From assembly GCA_016193315.1 (NCBI GenBank), contig JACPSJ010000004.1, forward strand, positions 1,708-65,707: DNA of 64,000 nt. The letters are read 5' to 3'. Shown piece by piece: positions 1 through 10,559 of this stretch (position 1 is its first letter; each line of letters begins with the position of its first letter). The notes beneath the pieces are model-generated. The model saw only the letters and a list, made by a program, of their open reading frames with translations. It searched no databases and was not told where the DNA came from. This DNA is from Candidatus Kerfeldbacteria bacterium (lineage in GTDB: Bacteria > Patescibacteriota > Patescibacteriia > SBBC01 > CAIJZX01). The position numbers and the translations under genes are program-made.

Positions 1-3000
1 GATGGATTGCTGGAAAAGTCGTTATTGACTTGAATCGCCCCGCCGGCGGTGTAAGTATACCCGCCGCTGATGGTCGGGCTGAAAGTAAGATTGTAGTAGC
101 CATTCGTGCCGCCGGTACCGGTCAGCGACGTAATCGTCGTGTTGAACCCGCCGGTGCCGATGTATTCAACTGTGCCAGTCGAATAGGTGAAGGTTCCGCT
201 GACGGTGAAGACTGTACTATTCCCGGTCAGCGTCAGCGTGTTGGCACCATTTGCATCCAGTTCATGCGAGAGCGCGACCGTGACGGCGGTCGCTGAGACG
301 GACGAACCGAGCCGGATTTCCGGACTGGCAGAACCGCCACTGATTGAAATCCTGCCGAGGTCTTGTTTCGTCGTCGGGTTATTATCGGTCCACGTTTTGA
401 ATCCACTCGTGCTCCAAGTAATCGTATTGCTCCCATTTGTATAGGTCATCTGGTTCGAACAGGTCGCCGCGCAAACCGTGACGTTGCCTTTGAGCGTCAT
501 GGTGGGATTGTTCGTGCTGGCCGTGATGACAGTTGAAGCCGCGTTGCTATTCCCGCCAAGGTTCAAATCGCCATCAACCGCGATGGTCTGGCTGGCGGCG
601 GTGCCGAGGGTGTGCGTCACGGACGCCCCGCCCGGGTAGACATTCAAATTGTAATATGTGATGTCACCGGCAATGTTGGTGGCGCCGTTGCCGGTGTAGG
701 TAATGGTTCCATTCTGGTGGGTGTAGGTGCCGGTTTCCACCAATGGGGTGCCGGTCCCGCTGAGCGTATACGTTTCGCCGCCGGCGTTGAGGACGTGGCT
801 GGCGGTAATCGTCATGACGCCAGTGACGGTGATGTTACCAGCGCCGTTGCTGCCGGTGGTCGTTTCCGCCGTGCCGTTGCCGAAGGTCAGGCCGGAAAAA
901 GTCCAATTCGAGGACGAACCGCCCCAGTTACCGGTGCCGCGAAGTGTAAACGTCCCGCCGGTCAGGTTAATCATGCCGTTGCCCGTCGCGTCTCCACCCA
1001 GGACATCGATATTGGCGGTCCCTGACAGCGTGCCAGCAGTCATAGTCAAATCGACGTCAATGGTCGTGGCGTCCGCAAACGACCAGCCGCCACCGGTACC
1101 GTTATACGTGACGTTGTCAAAATTCTCGCCGCCATCGGTGACGGTATGACCGGTGGCGGTGGCCGTAAACGTCGTGGTTTGTGGATTCGTCTTGTTGAAC
1201 GTTCCCTCGTTGTTGAAATCGCCGCCGACGGAAAGGGCATTCGTAGCCATCGTTAGCACGCCAGTACCGTCGATGTGAATATCGCCGTCCTTGACCGTAT
1301 CGGTGCCGTCGTTGGAAACGTCGGTCGTCACCGTCCCGCCAGGAGTAAACGTGTCACCGGTCCAAACATGAAGCTCAATGCCGTCATCAACGACCAAGGT
1401 GTCGGGCGCGGCATCTTCGGCGTCGTAAAGCATGTTCGGAGCGTCCTGGTCGTTGTCGTAATCGTCCATATTGACGATCGCCAGCGGCCCGGCATTTTCA
1501 TGTCTGGCGGTCAGCGTATTGACGTAGAGGTCAATGCCGGCGTCATTGGTGGCGTCGCTGGTGTAGACTACGTTGCCTTTCTGCGAAGTCGTCAGATAGA
1601 GATAGACGGAGCTGCCCGATTCAACGTAGGTGTTAATCGAGAAAGTGGCGTCCGCGCCGGAACACGATCCGGTGTCGGTCGTCAACAGCGTCCCGGCGTC
1701 GTAGACTTTGATCGTCAGCTCGCTGGCGCCGTTGCACGGTCCCCCGTTGCCGACGGTCCCGGCGGTGGATTCATCGGATTTGAAGACCGTGCCGGCGACC
1801 GAGATCGGACAGCCAGTCTTAACCCAATTCGCCCCGACGTTGCTGAAGGTGCTGCTGTAGGTGGTGATCGTCGGCGTCGAGGTCATGTCGGTGACGTTTA
1901 GGTCATTGAGCGTGTACGTCCCCGCCCCCAACCAGTTTCGTTGCGTGCCGCCGACGGTCGAGGTAATGGCGATCTCGTCAGCTTCGCTGCAGGCCGTGGT
2001 GGTGCCCTGCAGCACGGCGGTCCCGGCATTATCGAACGTGCCGCCGAGGATGATGTCGCCGGTCGAAGTGTTGCTCCATTTGCCGGGCGAGGCGCCGCCT
2101 TCGATCACCACCGCGGCTGAACCTTGGGCGCGCACGTTAAGGGTTCCCTGGATCAGCTCGCCATCGGCGATGGTCAGCGTGTTGGTCACCCGGATGCCGT
2201 TCGTATCGAGGGTCAGGTTATCGTTCGCGTCGGACGCGTCGCTTTTATCAATCTTGAGGTTGTAGAAATTCTGGGTCGTACAGGTGGAAACATTGGTACA
2301 CCCCGAATCGAGTGTGACTGATGTGGCCCCATCAAACGTCACCGTTCCGGTTCCTTCGTTCAGTGTCCCGAGATTGGTCCAAGCCCCAGAAACGGCAAAG
2401 GATTGTGTTGATGAAGCAGTCAATGTATTGTTTGTTTCGATGGTTACATCGACGGCATCGATCGGATGGTCATTTGACGTGTCGTTATCAAGAACGACGA
2501 GTGCGGTCGTACCGTCACCGATTGACAGGATGCTGTCAACCTTGATGGTTGAACCGGTACCGGCATTCATTGAAATTGTCTTGGTGGTGGCCGCGACTGA
2601 ATTCGAAAAATTGAGATCGCTAAAAGTCCAGGTATTCGTGCCGGAACTGGCGCCGAAATTTTGATTGGCGGAGACTCGTTGTTGGAATGACCCGCCAGTC
2701 ATGGTAATAGTTCCGGCGCCGGTCACGTTTCCCTTGGCCGTGACATTATTTGATCCGTTGAGCGTGCCCGTAACGGTCAGGGTATTGTTGACCGTCAGCG
2801 CTGAAGCCACGGTCGTCGTCCCGCTTGATTGCGTCAGGGCATAGACCGTGGTCAGTGCGCCCCCGCCAAGGTTTCCTGTCCCTGACATGGTCAGCGTACC
2901 AGTTCCGGCATCAGTCGTGATTGAACCCGTGCCCGTCGACGTAAACGCACCGCCGTTGACCGTCGCCGTTGCGTTGACTTTGTACGTCGCACCGGTCGAG

Positions 3001-6000
3001 ACCGCGATGTCGCCGGTAACGGTGATGGTCTGGCCCTGGGTGAAGGTTCCGCCGGTAACCGCCACGTCGCCTTGGATCGAAGCGGTGTCGCCGAGTGACA
3101 CCGTGCCGCCGGAAACGGTAAAGCTAGAGAGACTGTTCCCTCCCGAGGTCAGCGTTTTTGAGGTGCCATTCATCACCAGCGTGGCGGCCGCGACGTAATA
3201 GACGCGCAGTTCGGGATCGTTGGCCGAATCGACTGAGGCAAAGCTGCCCGGGTCGTTGGCGGCGCCGTTGTGCCGCACGCCAAAGGCGATGATGTCGTCG
3301 CCGTCGGGCAGGGACGCCTCAACGTTGGCGTCGGCGGTTGTGCCAAGATCGTACAATTTCCAGCCGGTGGTCGTGTGATCGGTGACCGTCAGCAGGGTTG
3401 AGTTTTCCGCCAGCTTTTCGTACAGACTGCTGCCGGCCGAGGTGCAGGAGATGGTGTCAGGCGAATCGCTATTGACCGTGAACAAATCAAGGCTGTTCGC
3501 AGTCGTCGCAATCACGTTTAATCTCAGCTCGGTGTTCACCACTTTGGCCGTATTGGGGACGGTCGTCAGACTGAATTTCATCGCGTCCCGATAGTATTTG
3601 TCGTCGCTCGGGCCGCAACTTCCGAGTTCTACTGAAGTCAGTAAAGTGGCATCCGTCCCCGCCTCACAACTATACGTGGTGCCAATGATCTCGCACAGGC
3701 CGTCCAGGTCGACGGTTCGAACGGCGGTGATATCCCAGCTCGGCGTGAGGGTTTTGACCCCCTCGGCGTAGATACCGCTGGTCAGATCGACATTGCCGCT
3801 GACCGTCCAGCTATTCGTGCCGGCCAGGATAATTTCGTCACCTGCCGCGCCGCCAGTGAAATCCAGGTCGCCGGTGATGCTGACCGTTGGGTCGTTGGTA
3901 TCAGCATCAACGGTCAAGTCGCCGGTGTTGGCCGCGTTGAGCGTGAAATTGGAAGAGAAGCTGGGTGATCCGGCGTTGCCGGCGACCGTTCGGTCCGAAG
4001 TTGAGTTGCTGTAGACCTCGACCGTGCCGCCGTAGGGCGCGCCGGAGGTCCGGGTCCCGATGGTCTGGTCGTTGTTGGTGGCGTCGAAGCGCATGTTGGC
4101 GGTCAACACGCCGCTGGTCGGGAAGGCGGTTGCCGACTGGTAGACAAATAGACCCGAACCGGAATGCGCGATGGTGCCGTTCAGCGTTAGCGTCGCGCCG
4201 CTATGCGTTAGTGTGACGGATGCGAGGGTAATCACATCACTAGTATCAACATTCAGGGTTCCGGTCACGGTCGGATTGTTGGTTTGGATCGTGAAGCCCC
4301 CGGACCCATCCGAACCGGCAAAGGTGACGTTGGAAAAACTCGAGCTACCGGATTCAACCGTGTTGCCGCTGTCGGGCGCGTCAAACGTCAATGTTCCGGC
4401 GCCGGCCGTAAACAGATCATTGTTGTCCCAGTTCCCGCCGACGGTGATGTTGTTGCCGTTGGCGTCAAACGTGCCGTCCGTAATCGTGACATTATCATTC
4501 GCATCGAAGGCCGTGGTCAGCTGGAAAGTTACTTCCTGGGCGCCATCGTTGAAGATCACGCCATAAAAATCCGGGGCGGCCAGCCCGCGGGCGTCGATGG
4601 TCTTGGTGCCGGCGGCCGTGGCGTCGAAGGTGACGGTGCTGGTGCTGATCGTGAACGTATCGTCATTGTCCCAGTTCCCGCCGACGTTCAGATTATTGCC
4701 GTTGGCGTCGAGGGTGCCGCCGGTGATGGTGACGTTATTGTTGGCGTCAAAGGCGGTGGTCAGTTGGAAGGTGGCGGTTCCGCCGGCATCATTGAAGGTC
4801 ACGGCGTAGAAGTCCGGGGCGGCCAACCCGCGGGCATCAATCGTTTTGGTGCCGGAGGCGGCGTCGAAGGTGACGGTCGAGGTGCCGATGGTAAACGTCC
4901 CGTCGTTATCCCAGTTGCCGGCCAGATCGATGTTGTAGTTCGACCCGGTCACGTCGAGGGTCGCGCCGCTGGCGATCGTCAGGTTTCCTTCCAGGCCGTT
5001 GGTGCCGGTCATGTTGGCCGTCAGGTTATACGTTTCGCTACCAGCTAATTCCAGGCTGGCATAGGTCGTACCGCCGCTGTCCGAGGCCACGCTGATTGCG
5101 CCTCCGCTGTTCGTAGCGGAGTACTTAACTGTTGAACTCGTATTCGGCGTCAACGTGCCGGTGATCGTCAGGACGGTCGCCGTCGCGCCGGCGTTGGCCA
5201 GGGTGAGGGTGTAGCCGCTGTTGGCGAGATCAAGCGTGTCGCCGGTTTGGATATCCGCCGTATCCACGGTCATCGACGAAGCCAAGGTGACTTTGTCGTT
5301 GGCGCCGACGCCGCTGGTTTTATTGAAGACGACGGCGCCGATATTTTGCGGCGTCGAGGTTGAATCCGTGTACGTCGCGGCCGTCGTGCCGTCGAACGTC
5401 CAGGTGCCGGTGCCTTTGGTTACAAACGCGCTGGCGCCGATGGTCACGTCGCCGGCGGTGTTGACGGTCGGGTTGCCGGAATTGAGGATCAAATCGCCGT
5501 TGGTGATGTTGAAATTCCCGTCAACATTCAGGGCACCGGCACCGGCGATAGTGACATTGTCATCTGAGCCATCGGTGCCAGTGTTGTTCAGGGTGACATG
5601 GTAAAAGGCTGAGGTTCCGGTATTGAACGTTTGCGGGTCGCTGCCGTTGAAGGTCAGGGTGCTCGTGCTTGAGGTAAATGTCCCATCGTCGACAAAGTTA
5701 CCCGCCACGTAAATAAAGTTGTTATCCGTGGTAAAGGTCGAGGTATCAAATTTCAGATGGTGGGTGGTGACATCGGCGCCACCGCCAGAGCCAGGCCGGT
5801 ACGTATCTCCGTACATGATGTACAGCTGCTCGGTCTTGTTCGCCTCTTGGTCGACGGTCAGGTCGTTCGTGGCCACGCCGTAAATAACATCCTCATCGTT
5901 GGTATTGGTGTAGTCGTCGAGATCGGTATTGGCGATAGTTTGATCGCTGTTGTCGCTGTCGACACCAGTCCCAATGACCAGTTGCGATTGGTACAGTTGG

Positions 6001-9000
6001 ACAACGTCAACATTCCCCCCATCCCCGTCGTACTTCGTGACTGTCGTGGCTTCTTCGCTCTCGGTCGCCTCGCCGTTGATGAAGAAAATCATGGTCGCGC
6101 CGCTCGACGGCTTGTTGATCGTAAACGACCAAGCGCCGTCGACATCGGCGGCACTGGCGCTTTGGGGCACCCCATTGACCGCGACTTTGATTTCGTTCGC
6201 GCCATCGTCGGTGCAGGCTGTGATTTCGGTTTCGTCGGTGAAGCAACCGCCGCTGACCGTGATCGTCAGCACGGTCGTCAAACTCGGGTAGGTGCAGGTC
6301 GCGGTCGCGCAGTCATTGCTGCCGTCGTTATCCTGTTCTCGAAGCACGGCGCCATTTTGGTCGATATCGAACATGCGGAAATAGTAGGTCGTCCCTTGCG
6401 CGGCCGAGTTGGCTTCAACCGAAAATTCCAGCTCCCGCAGCTGGAGAGCGCTTTGATCCATGTTGCCGCAGTTGGCCGGGCAGGCGGCGTCTTTATCAAG
6501 CGTCCACCAACCGGCGGTCGGGCTGCCGCTCAGCGTGGTGCCGGCCAGTGCCGTATTATCATTGCAGACCGAACTGCCGCCGTTACAGTCGACGTACCGC
6601 CAGATCCCGCCGCCGGTCGGATCGTCAACGTCGGTCCAAGTGGCCGAGGTGGAATCGGGATCGTTGGTCGTGTATTGCAGCTTCTTGCGGGCGTCGGTCT
6701 GCCCCTCGCCGGAAAGCTCGGCCACCGAGAAGCGGAGTCGGAATTTCCCGGCCGCGTAGTCGAAGTCGGTCGGCACGGTGTTCTCGTTCGCCAGTTGAGT
6801 CGTCGGCGTGTCGGTCGTGTCCGCGCCGTCGAAGAATTTCCAGTTCCGCGACCAGGCCGAATACGGAATGTACTCGAAGGTGGCCGGGCGTGAATTATAG
6901 ATCGTGTTGTCGCCGGCGGCGCCGGAAATGTCCGTTTCCAAAGCGCAAGCGGCCGTGCTCTCCCAGGCCGACCCGCTCCAGTGCTGGGCCATCAAGTTGC
7001 GGTCGATGTCCGCCACCAGCAGCATGAGGTCGTCGCTGTTCGGCGAACGGAAGATGCGGTTGAACAGGGCGTCGTCGCCGGTACAGGTGGCCATGGTCGT
7101 GTCGATTGACGAGAAGGTGCAGCCGGTGCCGTTGCAGGTGGCGGTCTGATACTCCGGATCGGGCGCGCCGGCCGCGTTCTGCGCCGCCCACATGGCGACG
7201 GAATCGCCGCCGGCGTTGAATGTTTCCCAGATAACGTCGGTGTACTCCGGGCCGACCTCCTGGTTTTCCAGCGTGGCGTCTTCGTTGCCCATCGTCCAGC
7301 CGGCGGTCGAGCCGTCCGCCTTCCAAATCCCGAAGTTGCCGTCATTGAGGCTGTCGTTCGAGGCCCAGGCGATGCGATTTGATTTCGGATCGCGGGCCAG
7401 ATTCACTCCCTGCACGACCCCGTCTCCTCCGACCAGGGCCGGGCCGGTTTGCTCGCCGCCCCACGAGCCGGTGTAGAGTTGATACTTCGTTGACCCGGCG
7501 GACGTCGTGCCCCAGGCCACCAGCGCGTTCCCCGAATTGGTTTCCCAGGCCACGTCGAACACGCTGCCCTTCTCCAAGCCGAGCGTCGATGCATTCGTGG
7601 TCGAGGTAATGTTGGTGACCGTCCCCCAGGCCGAGCCGGACCAGATGGCGGCATCGACTTCGTGCGTGCCGGAGACGTCGACCGAAACGCCCAACAAAAT
7701 TTCATTCGAGTTCGGCTTCGCCTTCAACGAAACGAACGTCGGCCGGCCGTTCGAGGACAGCGTGATGTCGTTCGAACCGGTGGTGGCCGCGCAGTTGGAA
7801 ACCGGCCCCCAGTTCGCGCCGTCCCAATAGCAATAGAACAGCTTCTGGTTGTCGACGACCGTGCCGGCGTCCTGGCTGTCGGCGGAATAAACGACCATCG
7901 CCCGACCGGCCAGCGATTCGTAGTCGAGGTCGAAGGTCCGGGTGCAGTCGGCTTCGGTCCCGGAACAGGTCATGGCCGGATTGGCGTTAACGACGTTCCA
8001 GGCGGCGGCGAAATCCCCGGCCGCGTCCGAACCGTTCGTGCCGCGAACAGCGTCGAGCCGACCGTCTTCCTTAAGGTGAGCGATGATGATCTCGTCCCTG
8101 GTCGGCGCCGCCTTGGCCACGATGAAGGCGATGCGGCTGGACGATGACGTGGCGCTGCCAACGATCTCACCGCCGAAACTGAAGGTTGAGGTCAGAACCT
8201 GGGCATTGACTTGGCCAAGGCTCGTCACGTCGCCGTATAGCAGGCGACCATTGTTAGCGACCGCGTCCGACGCCAACTGCCACTGCCGCGGTTCCTGGTA
8301 GAGCGAGGCGGCCGTGAAGCTGCCGCCGATGCGCAACGGCCCGGTGCGAAACAGGGCCGGCGACACGTCCGGCGCATCGAACGTGTAGGACAGAAAGTAG
8401 GTTTCTCCTTTCGACCATTTCACTTCCCACTCGACCAGCTGGGACCGGCGGTCGTCAGGGGAGGCGCGGGTTTGCCCCTCCGGCAGCAATTTGCTGATGG
8501 CGAAATCGCGGGGCACGGTTTCTTGCACGGTGCCGATGTAGTCGCGGCGCGGCGTGACCGCAATCCGGACCGAGTAGTCGGCGACCGGGTAAATCCGAGT
8601 CGGATAGGTGGCGCGGTGGACATCGAAGGGAACGGCTTCCTCGACCGTAAAATTATCTTCCAGTACCCGCCGCCCAAAATCCGTGTCGGCTTCGAGACGC
8701 AGGTGGTAGACGCCCTGACGCTCGACCTTGAACATGGCGGCGTAGTCTGGCTTGTAGGTCACGCCTTTATCGACGCAGTCCGGATTCTTGGAAATAGTAT
8801 CGTCCGAGGTGCGGTACCGTTTCATCCGGCCGTCAGGGTCGGTGACCGCTAGGGTCAGATCGGCGTTGCAGATGGTGCGACCGTCGTCATCGAGAACGGC
8901 CATCGCCGCTACCTGTTCCTGGCCGAGCTGCGGCGTGGCCCGGGTGACGTTGAGGGCCACCACCCCCCACAGGAACTCTTTCTCGATCGTGGCCTCGGCC

Positions 9001-10286
9001 CCGTCGCTACGGACCATGGTCACTCGCAGGCGGTATTTGCCGGCGTGGAGCGAACCCATGTCGAGGTAGAGCGTCGAATCAAGGTCGTCTCCAGCCGGCG
9101 TATCCACCGCCCGGTAGGATACTGTCTGCTCCCGACCGCTGGCGTCAATCAACCGCAACCGTTCCAGCTCCCATCGCTCTTCGCCGGTGCGAAAAAAGAG
9201 GAAGCGGTTGACTTTCCGTTTCGGCACGGTCATCACCGGCTGCTCAACCGATCGGTACAATCGCTTCGACAAGGCCACCAGCCTCTCCAACCTCTGTTTC
9301 GCTTCCCGTTCTTCGGGCGTCAGCGCGGCTGAGGGCCGGCTGACTTCGGCTTCGATGCGCATGCCATCGAGGTGAATAACCGTCGGCGGAAGGCGAGGCG
9401 CAAATTCTAGGCGCAGCCGAAAGCGAGCCTGCCGGAGATCCTCGACGCGGCGAATGTCCGGCAGGTTGACCCGCCAATACTCGGCCGGGGGATCGTTCGC
9501 GGCCCGGGCCGCCAGGAGTTGCCACGGTCCGCCATTCAGGCTGGATTCCAGAATCACTGAATCGGTGCTGTCAGCCGCGCCGCTGCTGGTCAACGATAGT
9601 TCAGCGGTCGCGCCTGATACCTGCTCCTGGCCGCTGAGACCAGGGGCCAGAAACCGGCGACATAGCACATCTGGATTTGGTGTCTCCAGGCTCCCAGTCA
9701 GAATGCCAGTGCCCTGTCCAAGCGAGCCCTGCAAGAACAACCGGTCGCTACGGATGATGGCTGAGTTTTGGGGATTGAACGAACTGCGGCTACTGCCTGG
9801 ATTCAAATCAATGACTATGGCCCTCGACTCACCGACCCAGCCATGGCAGGATTCTGGGAGAAACGTCAGCTTGGATGGATCGCTACCGGCTTTGGCAATG
9901 GCCACCACCGACAGCCCGAACACCCCAACCACGATCGTGGTCAACGCCACCCCCCAAGCGCGACGGAAAACGGCACGCATCGGGCGCGCCCGATCGGGAG
10001 AGTTCCGGGGTTGCTGCCAGTGCGCTCGCACTGCCAACCGCTCGTAGCGGCGATCGCGCCGCGGGCCGATCCGCACCGCACGCAAGATCCCCCGCCGGTC
10101 CCAATCGCGGAGTGTGTTCGGGTGAACGCCAAGCAGTCTGGCCGTCAGGCGGAGACCAAGCAACCCGGGTAAATGCTCCCAGTCGGGTGGGGATGATTCC
10201 TGACCGGGCGGCAAACTCGTCTCCTCTAATGCCGAGAAGAGCCAGCGCGGTCGAGCTTTGGCTAATCGTTTTTGTGTTTTTCTCAT
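1..10286 (-). CDS. Giant membrane-anchored surface protein (>3428 aa, 3' end outside window): N-terminal MerR/HTH_17-like HTH, TM helix, Thr/Gly/Asp/Asn-rich repetitive extracellular region
   Basis: ATG at 10286 reads MRKTQKRL...LLGLRLTARLLGVHPNTLRDWDRRGILRAVRIGPRRDRRY...AWGVALTTIVVGVFGLSVVAIA. The same frame is still coding at the window edge (YTYTAGGAIQVNNDFSSNP). The ORF track lists no minus ORF in this frame, consistent with no internal stop. Confidence 0.9.
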   Translation of the reverse strand, partial: MRKTQKRLAKARPRWLFSALEETSLPPGQESSPPDWEHLPGLLGLRLTARLLGVHPNTLRDWDRRGILRAVRIGPRRDRRYERLAVRAHWQQPRNSPDRARPMRAVFRRAWGVALTTIVVGVFGLSVVAIAKAGSDPSKLTFLPESCHGWVGESRAIVIDLNPGSSRSSFNPQNSAIIRSDRLFLQGSLGQGTGILTGSLETPNPDVLCRRFLAPGLSGQEQVSGATAELSLTSSGAADSTDSVILESSLNGGPWQLLAARAANDPPAEYWRVNLPDIRRVEDLRQARFRLRLEFAPRLPPTVIHLDGMRIEAEVSRPSAALTPEEREAKQRLERLVALSKRLYRSVEQPVMTVPKRKVNRFLFFRTGEERWELERLRLIDASGREQTVSYRAVDTPAGDDLDSTLYLDMGSLHAGKYRLRVTMVRSDGAEATIEKEFLWGVVALNVTRATPQLGQEQVAAMAVLDDDGRTICNADLTLAVTDPDGRMKRYRTSDDTISKNPDCVDKGVTYKPDYAAMFKVERQGVYHLRLEADTDFGRRVLEDNFTVEEAVPFDVHRATYPTRIYPVADYSVRIAVTPRRDYIGTVQETVPRDFAISKLLPEGQTRASPDDRRSQLVEWEVKWSKGETYFLSYTFDAPDVSPALFRTGPLRIGGSFTAASLYQEPRQWQLASDAVANNGRLLYGDVTSLGQVNAQVLTSTFSFGGEIVGSATSSSSRIAFIVAKAAPTRDEIIIAHLKEDGRLDAVRGTNGSDAAGDFAAAWNVVNANPAMTCSGTEADCTRTFDLDYESLAGRAMVVYSADSQDAGTVVDNQKLFYCYWDGANWGPVSNCAATTGSNDITLSSNGRPTFVSLKAKPNSNEILLGVSVDVSGTHEVDAAIWSGSAWGTVTNITSTTNASTLGLEKGSVFDVAWETNSGNALVAWGTTSAGSTKYQLYTGSWGGEQTGPALVGGDGVVQGVNLARDPKSNRIAWASNDSLNDGNFGIWKADGSTAGWTMGNEDATLENQEVGPEYTDVIWETFNAGGDSVAMWAAQNAAGAPDPEYQTATCNGTGCTFSSIDTTMATCTGDDALFNRIFRSPNSDDLMLLVADIDRNLMAQHWSGSAWESTAACALETDISGAAGDNTIYNSRPATFEYIPYSAWSRNWKFFDGADTTDTPTTQLANENTVPTDFDYAAGKFRLRFSVAELSGEGQTDARKKLQYTTNDPDSTSATWTDVDDPTGGGIWRYVDCNGGSSVCNDNTALAGTTLSGSPTAGWWTLDKDAACPANCGNMDQSALQLRELEFSVEANSAAQGTTYYFRMFDIDQNGAVLREQDNDGSNDCATATCTYPSLTTVLTITVSGGCFTDETEITACTDDGANEIKVAVNGVPQSASAADVDGAWSFTINKPSSGATMIFFINGEATESEEATTVTKYDGDGGNVDVVQLYQSQLVIGTGVDSDNSDQTIANTDLDDYTNTNDEDVIYGVATNDLTVDQEANKTEQLYIMYGDTYRPGSGGGADVTTHHLKFDTSTFTTDNNFIYVAGNFVDDGTFTSSTSTLTFNGSDPQTFNTGTSAFYHVTLNNTGTDGSDDNVTIAGAGALNVDGNFNITNGDLILNSGNPTVNTAGDVTIGASAFVTKGTGTWTFDGTTAATYTDSTSTPQNIGAVVFNKTSGVGANDKVTLASSMTVDTADIQTGDTLDLANSGYTLTLANAGATATVLTITGTLTPNTSSTVKYSATNSGGAISVASDSGGTTYASLELAGSETYNLTANMTGTNGLEGNLTIASGATLDVTGSNYNIDLAGNWDNDGTFTIGTSTVTFDAASGTKTIDARGLAAPDFYAVTFNDAGGTATFQLTTAFDANNNVTITGGTLDANGNNLNVGGNWDNDDTFTISTSTVTFDATAAGTKTIDARGLAAPDFYGVIFNDGAQEVTFQLTTAFDANDNVTITDGTFDANGNNITVGGNWDNNDLFTAGAGTLTFDAPDSGNTVESGSSSFSNVTFAGSDGSGGFTIQTNNPTVTGTLNVDTSDVITLASVTLTHSGATLTLNGTIAHSGSGLFVYQSATAFPTSGVLTANMRFDATNNDQTIGTRTSGAPYGGTVEVYSNSTSDRTVAGNAGSPSFSSNFTLNAANTGDLTVDADTNDPTVSITGDLDFTGGAAGDEIILAGTNSWTVSGNVDLTSGIYAEGVKTLTPSWDITAVRTVDLDGLCEIIGTTYSCEAGTDATLLTSVELGSCGPSDDKYYRDAMKFSLTTVPNTAKVVNTELRLNVIATTANSLDLFTVNSDSPDTISCTSAGSSLYEKLAENSTLLTVTDHTTTGWKLYDLGTTADANVEASLPDGDDIIAFGVRHNGAANDPGSFASVDSANDPELRVYYVAAATLVMNGTSKTLTSGGNSLSSFTVSGGTVSLGDTASIQGDVAVTGGTFTQGQTITVTGDIAVSTGATYKVNATATVNGGAFTSTGTGSITTDAGTGTLTMSGTGNLGGGALTTVYALTQSSGTTTVASALTVNNTLTVTGTLNGSNNVTAKGNVTGAGTITMTGGSFQQRVSANQNFGASSGTNTWTFSDLNFSNSVAATTKTISMNAGTGSTIKVDSILSIGDGTTALVVLDNDTSNDHPIDAVDVTIETNNTLTASSTQSFAVSGAWTNLGTLNEGTGTVTFDGATSVTLDSGCTNVSTCTTQNFYNLKIDKSDASDANDNLTLDTNGIRVTNTLTIADGELIQGTLNVRAQGSAAVVIEGGASPGKWSNTSTGDIILGGTFDNAGTAVLQGTTTACSEADEIAITSTVGGTQRNWLGAGTYTLNDLNVTDMTSTPTITTYSSTFSNVGANWVKTGCPISVAGTVFKSDESTAGTVGNGGPCNGASELTIKVYDAGTLLTTDTGSCSGADATFSINTYVESGSSVYLYLTTSQKGNVVYTSDATNDAGIDLYVNTLTARHENAGPLAIVNMDDYDNDQDAPNMLYDAEDAAPDTLVVDDGIELHVWTGDTFTPGGTVTTDVSNDGTDTVKDGDIHIDGTGVLTMATNALSVGGDFNNEGTFNKTNPQTTTFTATATGHTVTDGGENFDNVTYNGTGGGWSFADATTIDVDLTMTAGTLSGTANIDVLGGDATGNGMINLTGGTFTLRGTGNWGGSSSNWTFSGLTFGNGTAETTTGSNGAGNITVTGVMTITASHVLNAGGETYTLSGTGTPLVETGTYTHQNGTITYTGNGATNIAGDITYYNLNVYPGGASVTHTLGTAASQTIAVDGDLNLGGNSNAASTVITASTNNPTMTLKGNVTVCAATCSNQMTYTNGSNTITWSTSGFKTWTDNNPTTKQDLGRISISGGSASPEIRLGSSVSATAVTVALSHELDANGANTLTLTGNSTVFTVSGTFTYSTGTVEYIGTGGFNTTITSLTGTGGTNGYYNLTFSPTISGGYTYTAGGAIQVNNDFSSNP
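4426..4950 (-). repeat. Three ~80-aa internal repeats (GNWDN motif) in the giant protein
   Basis: tcccagtt at 4426, 4669 and 4909; gcgtcgaaggtgacggt at 4621 and 4861 (spacing 240-243 bp). Confidence 0.8.
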
Positions 10287-10301
10287 CTAAAGACTTATTG
10301 C

Positions 10302-10330
10302 ATTGTACCACAAAATATCGATTTGGTCAA
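10302..10330 (-). promoter_or_regulatory. Sigma70-type promoter of the giant gene
   Basis: TTGACC-17-TACAAT (with TG extension) on minus strand, 15 bp upstream of ATG 10286. Confidence 0.65.
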
Positions 10331-10489
10331 ATCGAATTGAAACCTGATTCTTGGCTAACCTCAAACGAGCGGTGGGCTCAAGTTACCAATGGCTACGAAT
10401 GAGAAGTCGTGTACTCGCTGCCGAGTTCATGCGTCGCCCAACCGCGGCCCAGATCTTGCCAGGTCGAGCCGGGACGGACAAAACATTCA

Positions 10490-10532
10490 TTGTCCGGCCC
10501 CAAGAAAAAGCCTATACTTCTGACTATCCGTG
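10490..10532 (+). promoter_or_regulatory. Sigma70-type promoter carrying a 24-bp motif shared with the dprA promoter
   Basis: TTGTCC-17-TATACT; agcctatacttctgactatccgtg at 10509-10532. Confidence 0.65.
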
Positions 10533-10559
10533 CGAACAGGCGCGGAGGTTCTGCCAACC

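Noticed and set aside
30-10402. Dozens of ORF-track entries in the first 10 kb
   Set aside because: Shadow frames of the single giant minus-strand gene; no recognisable motifs.
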